In this document: positions 58,456 to 64,000 of the stretch, in pieces
Numbering within the stretch: position 1 is the first letter of the stretch
How the letters are laid out: every line of letters begins with the position of its first letter
Source of the DNA: Halothiobacillaceae bacterium UBA5861
GTDB taxonomy: Bacteria; Pseudomonadota; Gammaproteobacteria; UBA5861
Length of the DNA stretch: 64,000 bases
Direction: 5' to 3'
NCBI GenBank assembly: GCA_002432635.1
Contig: DJFX01000047.1
Location: 320,766 to 384,765 of the forward strand
The notes under the pieces: model-generated
Seen by the model: the letters and a program-made list of their open reading frames with translations, nothing else
Told to the model about the DNA's origin: nothing
Database searches by the model: none
Program-made: the position numbers and the translations under genes

Positions 58456-59325
58456 TTATCCTTTAACCGAACCGGCGGTTAGCCCGCGCACAAAATACTT
58501 GCCTGATACGACATACACCACCAAAGTCGGCAATGCAGCAATAATGGCAGCCGCCATATCAACGTTATATTGTTTAACACCGGTCGAGGTATTAACCAGG
58601 TTATTCAAGGCAACTGTTATGGGTTGTTGATTACCCGCTGAATAAACCACACCGAATAAAAAGTCATTCCAAATCTGGGTGAATTGCCAGATGACAGAAA
58701 CGACAATGATTGGAGGTGAAAGCGGTAAGACAATACGGAAAAATATCAGCCAGAAGCCCGCGCCATCAATTCTTGCCGCGTTAGTGAGTTCACGGGGGAT
58801 ATTGACATAGAAATTCCGGAAAAAGAGCGTTGTGAAGGCAACCCCGTAAATCACATGTACAAATACCAGGCCCGCAACCGAACCGGAAATACCCAAAAAA
58901 CCAAGGGTTCTCGCCATGGGTAGTAAAACAACCTGAAAAGGAATGAAACAACCGAGTAGCAAAGCGCCAAACAGGACATCCGACCCGCGAAAGCGCCACT
59001 GAGTCAGCACATAACCATTGAAAGCGCCAATCATGGTCGAAATAACCACAGCTGGCACCACCATAAACACGGAATTCCAAAAATAACCTTTTAAGCCTTC
59101 ACAACTGACGCCCGTGCATGCGGAACCCCAGGCCACACGCCAGGCTTCCAGCGTAGGGTTGAGCGGTAACCCTAACAAGCTACCTGTACGAATCTCATCC
59201 AGGGGCTTCAATGAGGTCATGATCATCACAAACAGTGGGACTAAGTAATACACCGCAACCAGCAATAAACACCCATAAATAAACAGGCGACCCGCCCTAT
59301 GCTGTCGACCTACGGCCTTATTCAT
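58456..59325 (-). CDS. sugar ABC transporter permease (CUT1 family, MalG/GtsC-like)
   Basis: 289 aa, EAA-like loop region; 8 nt overlap with the upstream permease. Confidence 0.8.
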   Translation of the reverse strand: MNKAVGRQHRAGRLFIYGCLLLVAVYYLVPLFVMIMTSLKPLDEIRTGSLLGLPLNPTLEAWRVAWGSACTGVSCEGLKGYFWNSVFMVVPAVVISTMIGAFNGYVLTQWRFRGSDVLFGALLLGCFIPFQVVLLPMARTLGFLGISGSVAGLVFVHVIYGVAFTTLFFRNFYVNIPRELTNAARIDGAGFWLIFFRIVLPLSPPIIVVSVIWQFTQIWNDFLFGVVYSAGNQQPITVALNNLVNTSTGVKQYNVDMAAAIIAALPTLVVYVVSGKYFVRGLTAGSVKG

Positions 59326-60235
59326 TCCGCCCTCGCCGCAATTCTGAGTAAAGAAAAGGCACGATGATGGCCACCACAGCGGCTAACATCATCATCGCAC
59401 TGGCGGCACCCAGGCCAATCTGGCCGCGGGTAAACGAAAAGGCATACATAAATGTCGCTGGGACATCCGAGGCATAACCGGGACCACCGCCGGTGAGCGC
59501 CATCACCAAGTCAAAACTTTTGATGGCTATATGAGAAAGAATGATTAATGCGCTAAAAAACACCGGCCGCAAACTGGGGATCACAATGCGCCAGTAAATA
59601 GAAGGCAGTGATGCGCCATCTACCTGAGCGGCCTTAATAATGGTGTCATCAATACCCCGCAACCCTGCAAGAAAAAGCGCCATCACAAACCCTGAAGACT
59701 GCCAGACACCCGCGATGACAACGGTATAAATAGCTTTTTCCGGATCAACCAGCCAATCAAAGGTAAAATTCTCAAATCCTAAATCCCGCACTAATTTTTC
59801 AATACCCAGCCCGGGATTCAGCAGCCATTTCCAAGCCGTTCCTGTAACGATGAAGGACAGCGCCATGGGATAGAGATAGACTGTCCGAATTGCCCCTTCC
59901 AGCCTGACCTGCTGATCCAGCAAAATGGCCAAAAAAAGCCCGATAGCCATGCAAAGAACAATGAACAAGCCACCAAATATGGCTAAGTTTTCAGCGGCGA
60001 CCCACCAACGGTCATTGCTGAACAAACGAACATATTGCGTAAAACCGGCCCAATCCATCCGGGGCAACATGCGGGAGCTTGAAAAGGAAAGCCATGCATT
60101 CCAAAAAATGAACCCGTAAATGAATACAAGCGTGACAACGAATGTCGGTGCCATGACCAGCTTGGGTAGCAGACGCTCAAGCGCCGCTGCCGAAGCAAGG
60201 TCCTTGAAGAATGTTTTAGAGTGAGAAACAGGCAT
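59318..60235 (-). CDS. sugar ABC transporter permease (CUT1 family, MalF/GtsB-like)
   Basis: 305 aa polytopic protein with EAA motif region. Confidence 0.8.
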   Translation of the reverse strand: MPVSHSKTFFKDLASAAALERLLPKLVMAPTFVVTLVFIYGFIFWNAWLSFSSSRMLPRMDWAGFTQYVRLFSNDRWWVAAENLAIFGGLFIVLCMAIGLFLAILLDQQVRLEGAIRTVYLYPMALSFIVTGTAWKWLLNPGLGIEKLVRDLGFENFTFDWLVDPEKAIYTVVIAGVWQSSGFVMALFLAGLRGIDDTIIKAAQVDGASLPSIYWRIVIPSLRPVFFSALIILSHIAIKSFDLVMALTGGGPGYASDVPATFMYAFSFTRGQIGLGAASAMMMLAAVVAIIVPFLYSELRRGRNE

Positions 60236-60288
60236 CCGCTTCTAGCGCGCAGCTGGGGCAGGCGCCGAAACGCCTGACCCACGCTCAA

Positions 60289-61545
60289 TCACCGCGCATC
60301 TTTCACCGCAGCGGCAAGGGTTTCCGCTGCTTTCTCAGCAGGCATTTTATCGTCATTATAAAATTTGGTGACGACGTCGTAGATGGCCCCCTGAACCGAA
60401 GAGAATGTCGACATGCCGTGCGCCATACTGGGTACCAGTGTTGCTGTTTTTGCACTGGCGACAAATTCATCCATTGAGGTATGGGCACAGCTGTCAAACT
60501 TGTCTCGTGGCATATTTAAGCGGGCAGGAATGGATCCTTTATTCAGGTTGAAGACTTCCTGAAACTCCGGCTCCATAATGGTAGCGGCCAGTGCCATCTG
60601 GGCCTCCTGGCTGCTGCCAGCACCCACATCGAACATCACAAAACTGTCAATATTGAAAGTGAAGCTTCCTGCTGTACCGGGTGCCGCAACACACTCATAA
60701 TCAACACCGGGTTTCTTGCCCGCCGCCGTAAACTCACCTTTGGCCCAGTCACCCATGAACTGCATGGCCGCTTTACCATTAATAACCATCGCAGTCGCCA
60801 GATTCCAGTCACGCCCAGGCGCGTCTTTGTCTGTGTAGTGTTTGATTTTCCTGAGCACATCAAATGCTTGAATCATTGTGGGACTGTTGAGTGCAGACGG
60901 CTCCAAGTCAACAAATGCTTTGCGGTAGAAATCTGCCCCACCAATGCCCAAAACAACCGACTCAAATGTCGTTGAATCCTGCCACGCCTGACCACCGTGA
61001 GCGACAGGGATATATCCGGCAGCTTTGATTTTTTCTGCCGCAACAATAAACTCATCCCACGTTGTGGGAATTTTGGCGCCTGCTTTTTTGAAGATGTCGG
61101 GGTTTACCCACATCCAATTGACACGGTGAACATTGACAGGTACCGCTACATAGCTGCCTTTGTACTTCATCACATTTGCGACAACCGCTGGCAATAATTC
61201 ATCCCAGCCGCCCTGTTTGGCAACCTCATCCAGCGTGGCCAATACGCCTTCATCGCCCCATTCCTGAATAGATGGGCCTTTAATTTGTGCGGCTGTTGGA
61301 GGCTTACCGGAGACGACGCGTGATTTTAAAACCGTCATAGCGCTTTCACCGCCGCCACCAGCCACTGCAAAATCTTTCCAGGTATGCCCCTTAGCCTCCA
61401 GTAGTCGCTTCAGCTCGGCAGCTGATCGCGCTTCACCGCCTGACGTCCACCAGTGCAGTACTTCTACTTCGCCGGCCTTAACACCTGTTATCAGACAGAC
61501 ACTCATTACTGCGACCATGGCCGCACTTGCTAACTTTCTCATCAC
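60289..61545 (-). CDS. extracellular solute-binding protein, glucose/mannose-binding GtsA-like
   Basis: Signal peptide; EVEVLHWWTSGGE motif resembling Pseudomonas glucose-binding protein GtsA. Confidence 0.75.
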   Translation of the reverse strand: MMRKLASAAMVAVMSVCLITGVKAGEVEVLHWWTSGGEARSAAELKRLLEAKGHTWKDFAVAGGGGESAMTVLKSRVVSGKPPTAAQIKGPSIQEWGDEGVLATLDEVAKQGGWDELLPAVVANVMKYKGSYVAVPVNVHRVNWMWVNPDIFKKAGAKIPTTWDEFIVAAEKIKAAGYIPVAHGGQAWQDSTTFESVVLGIGGADFYRKAFVDLEPSALNSPTMIQAFDVLRKIKHYTDKDAPGRDWNLATAMVINGKAAMQFMGDWAKGEFTAAGKKPGVDYECVAAPGTAGSFTFNIDSFVMFDVGAGSSQEAQMALAATIMEPEFQEVFNLNKGSIPARLNMPRDKFDSCAHTSMDEFVASAKTATLVPSMAHGMSTFSSVQGAIYDVVTKFYNDDKMPAEKAAETLAAAVKDAR

Positions 61546-61618
61546 AGTACTCCTCCTTTTCGTAAAACGGCAGATTCACCATCACTCATGCCCATTACAT
61601 AGGAAACGTGCAATCATG

Positions 61619-62629
61619 TTATTGATTTGCCTCATTGTTATGTTTATAAGTCAGCCCAATGTGGCTGTATTTTTCGTCAAAGACGTGTGCAACGCCCAGC
61701 AAAGCGGGGGTATCACTTGTAATCACGAACGTTGGTATTGTTTGAAGGTATTCACTGAATCGGCCTCGCTGCTCAAATCGCTGGCGAAAAGATGATTGCT
61801 TCAATTCGTTCAGCAATCTCGGGATAATGCCGCCCCCGATGTAAACACCACCACGGGCACCCAGCGTTAAGGCTAAATTGCCTGCCACAACACCCAGCCA
61901 GCCGTAAAAGAGAGTCATTACTTCTTCACAGGTATCACAGGACTGTGCAGCCGCGCGGGTACTGATCGCTTTTGCAGACAAGGCTTGAGGTGGCTTGTTG
62001 TCCAACCCACATAACACGTGGTAAGTCTCAACCAGGCCCATACCTGAAATCAAACGCTCTGCTGACATATGTCCATAGCGGTTCCAAAAGACCTTGAAAA
62101 CCGCCAACTCCCGCTCTGTGGTGCCCCCAATCGTCACATGCCCACCTTCCCCGCTGAGTGGCATCCAGCCCAAGGGGGTTGGAATCAGGCCAGATACACC
62201 TAGCCCCGTGCCCGGGCCGATGACAGCGATGGCGCTACCGGAATCCGCATAACCGCCCCCAATCTGACAGTATTCCTCAGCAGCAAGAAAAGGAATCGAG
62301 AGTGCAAGCGCGGTGAAGTCGTTGATCACCTTAAACTCGGCAAACCCCAATCCCTTGCATAATCCGCTGATCGAAAATGACCAGGTATTATTTGTCAATT
62401 CGATTCGGTCGCTCTGCACAGGTGTTGCAACCGCAAGGGCAGCACGTGTCAAATTATTACTTGGACACTCGGCAAGGTAGGCCTGAATTGCTTCATCAAG
62501 CGTCGCATAATGAGCGGTTGAAAAACGCTGGATATAATCAGGGCGCAACATGCCTGGCTCGATGAGCCCAAACCGTGCATGAGTTCCGCCGATATCGCCC
62601 ACCAGCGTTGTGAGCTTATTCACGAGCAT
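61619..62629 (-). CDS. glk: glucokinase
   Basis: LVGDIGGTHARFGL ATP-binding N-terminus, 336 aa ROK-independent Glk family. Confidence 0.9.
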   Translation of the reverse strand: MLVNKLTTLVGDIGGTHARFGLIEPGMLRPDYIQRFSTAHYATLDEAIQAYLAECPSNNLTRAALAVATPVQSDRIELTNNTWSFSISGLCKGLGFAEFKVINDFTALALSIPFLAAEEYCQIGGGYADSGSAIAVIGPGTGLGVSGLIPTPLGWMPLSGEGGHVTIGGTTERELAVFKVFWNRYGHMSAERLISGMGLVETYHVLCGLDNKPPQALSAKAISTRAAAQSCDTCEEVMTLFYGWLGVVAGNLALTLGARGGVYIGGGIIPRLLNELKQSSFRQRFEQRGRFSEYLQTIPTFVITSDTPALLGVAHVFDEKYSHIGLTYKHNNEANQ

Positions 62630-62875
62630 ACTCCTCTCACTTTAGTACGACAGCCGCAATTCTTAATTTCACGTACTTTGGCACCACGTTCCCCGGCACC
62701 GCAGATCAATACCTGTTAAACGAACCCACGACGCATTATTTATACTCCTCAAACACTTAACAAGAAATAAATGGACGAACTGTAAGTCTGATGACTGCAA
62801 ATTTCTTTATCATTAAGCTCACAAGGCAGGTAAAGGACAGGTGATAAATTTGATGTCTGATGAGAGAAGCAGAAT

Positions 62876-63721
62876 ATGCGTTTATTAATGGGGATATTTG
62901 GGAGTCTACTGCTTTTATCAGGTTGCAGTAATGGGGGCACCGAGGACACAAACAATCAGCCTGCCGATCCGGCTGATCCCCCTCCGGCAACGCAACGCTG
63001 GTATCACCCACCCCTTTCTGTCAGTTGGCACATCCAATTAACGGGGCCCATCAATACCACTTACACGGTACAACTTTACGACATTGACCTTTTTGACTCA
63101 GCGAAAGACTTCATTGAAGAATTCCAATCAACAGGTATCAAGGTCATTTGTTACTTTTCGGCAGGTTCTTATGAGAACTGGCGCCCCGATGCCCAAGCGT
63201 TTCAAGCCAGCGATGTAGGTCACGCACTGGCGGGTTGGCCTGGTGAGAGCTGGCTGGATATCCGGTCAGATAATGTCCGCCGCATCATGCAAAAGCGCCT
63301 TGATCAAGCAAAAGACAAAGGCTGCGATGGCGTCGACCCGGATAATATGGACGGATATAAAAACAATACAGGGTTTCGCCTGACCGCCTCTGACCAGTTA
63401 AACTACAGCCGGTTTATTGCCGAAGAAGCGCATGCAAGGGGGCTCGCCGTTGGACTCAAGAATAACCTTGATCAGGTTGAAGAGCTGGTCGACTATTTTG
63501 ATTTTGCTGTCAACGAGCAATGCTTTGAATACCGCGAATGTTCCGCGCTAGCACCTTTTATCGAAAAAAATAAGCCTGTATTGAATATTGAGTATCAACA
63601 ACAGTATGTCGACCATGCCACGTTAAGAGATTTACTGTGCAACGATGCGATCAACAGACAATTCAGCACATTGATTCTTCCACTGGAGTTGGATGATGCA
63701 TTCCGTCTCAGCTGCTTGTAA
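62876..63721 (+). CDS. glycoside hydrolase family 114 lipoprotein (endo-alpha-1,4-polygalactosaminidase / PelA-hydrolase-domain-like)
   Basis: Lipobox LLSGC; TIM-barrel GH114-like motifs (YFSAGSYENWRPD, GCDGVDPDNMD). Confidence 0.65.
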   Translation: MRLLMGIFGSLLLLSGCSNGGTEDTNNQPADPADPPPATQRWYHPPLSVSWHIQLTGPINTTYTVQLYDIDLFDSAKDFIEEFQSTGIKVICYFSAGSYENWRPDAQAFQASDVGHALAGWPGESWLDIRSDNVRRIMQKRLDQAKDKGCDGVDPDNMDGYKNNTGFRLTASDQLNYSRFIAEEAHARGLAVGLKNNLDQVEELVDYFDFAVNEQCFEYRECSALAPFIEKNKPVLNIEYQQQYVDHATLRDLLCNDAINRQFSTLILPLELDDAFRLSCL

Positions 63722-63755
63722 GGATCACAAACCACGCGCTCACAATACTTATCGT

Positions 63756-63995
63756 TCACAAGCGAGCAGAAGCATTGCTGACAACAAAGGTTTCAAAAGG
63801 CAATTTTTTAATGTGATCAGCCATGAGCACGTATGCCACTGTGAAACTGGCGATAGAAGACAGCGCATAACCCCAGCCGTACCAAGACAAGCCCAAGCCA
63901 AGACTGGCCCAGGTAAAGAGTGTGTTCGTCACCAGAAAAACAATCGACACGTACAACACTTTAAGGCGGGCATCAAAATAAGTGAGTATTGTCAT
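63756..63995 (-). CDS. C-terminal part of a polytopic membrane protein (possibly polysaccharide transporter/flippase-like); ORF apparently continues beyond the window end
   Basis: Hydrophobic segments; in-frame sense codon precedes the first Met at the window edge. Confidence 0.3.
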   Translation of the reverse strand: MTILTYFDARLKVLYVSIVFLVTNTLFTWASLGLGLSWYGWGYALSSIASFTVAYVLMADHIKKLPFETFVVSNASARL

Positions 63996-64000
63996 TAAGA

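Noticed and set aside
63693-63998. 101 aa plus-strand ORF at the window end
   Set aside because: Antisense to a hydrophobic membrane-protein ORF and low-complexity; likely spurious
1-64000. tRNA, rRNA, CRISPR repeats, IS elements/transposases, integrases near the GC-rich cassette
   Set aside because: No T-psi-C-like GGTTCGAAT motifs in intergenic regions, no repeat-spacer arrays, and no transposase/integrase-like ORFs were seen; the cassette has no recognisable mobility genes or clear flanking direct repeats

Overview
This ~64 kb segment looks like the chromosome of a marine-type gammaproteobacterium at roughly 48-50% GC. Housekeeping synteny is recognisable: lptD-surA-pdxA, rpe-gph, mutM, rplM-rpsI, icd-aceK, ung, rpiA, ggt, degP and a standalone EF-G paralog. 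I found no rRNA, tRNA, CRISPR or IS elements.

The accessory content is the more interesting part:
- A 2.7 kb, visibly GC-rich, two-gene cassette sits directly after pdxA, where gammaproteobacteria usually carry rsmA-apaG-apaH. Gene one is a RimI-like GNAT acetyltransferase fused to a papain-like (C39-type) cysteine peptidase; gene two is a RimK-type ATP-grasp ligase with a ~190 aa N-terminal extension. The genes are translationally coupled and look like a horizontally acquired peptide ligase/acetylase/peptidase system with no experimentally known function.
- A BMP-family ABC transporter operon has a Tat-signal binding protein, an atypical gene order, and two paralogous isochorismatase-family hydrolases interleaved with the transporter genes, followed by a cupin.
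- Next to it lie a double-hotdog (MaoC-type) hydratase and an 824 aa tandem-fused family III CoA-transferase.
- A ~250 bp chimeric relic is built from diverged copies of a glk fragment and the 3' end of the cupin gene, recording a past rearrangement next to the gtsABCD-like glucose ABC operon and glk.
- Two adjacent paralogous proteins each pair a degenerate receiver domain (phospho-Asp replaced) with a CheY-like receiver.
- An acyl-CoA catabolic cluster carries two CaiB-type CoA transferases, a crotonase, and TetR and FadR-type regulators with candidate palindromic operators.
- A standalone GH114 lipoprotein sits at the window end.

All functional calls rest on motif and family recognition by eye; no database searches could be run.
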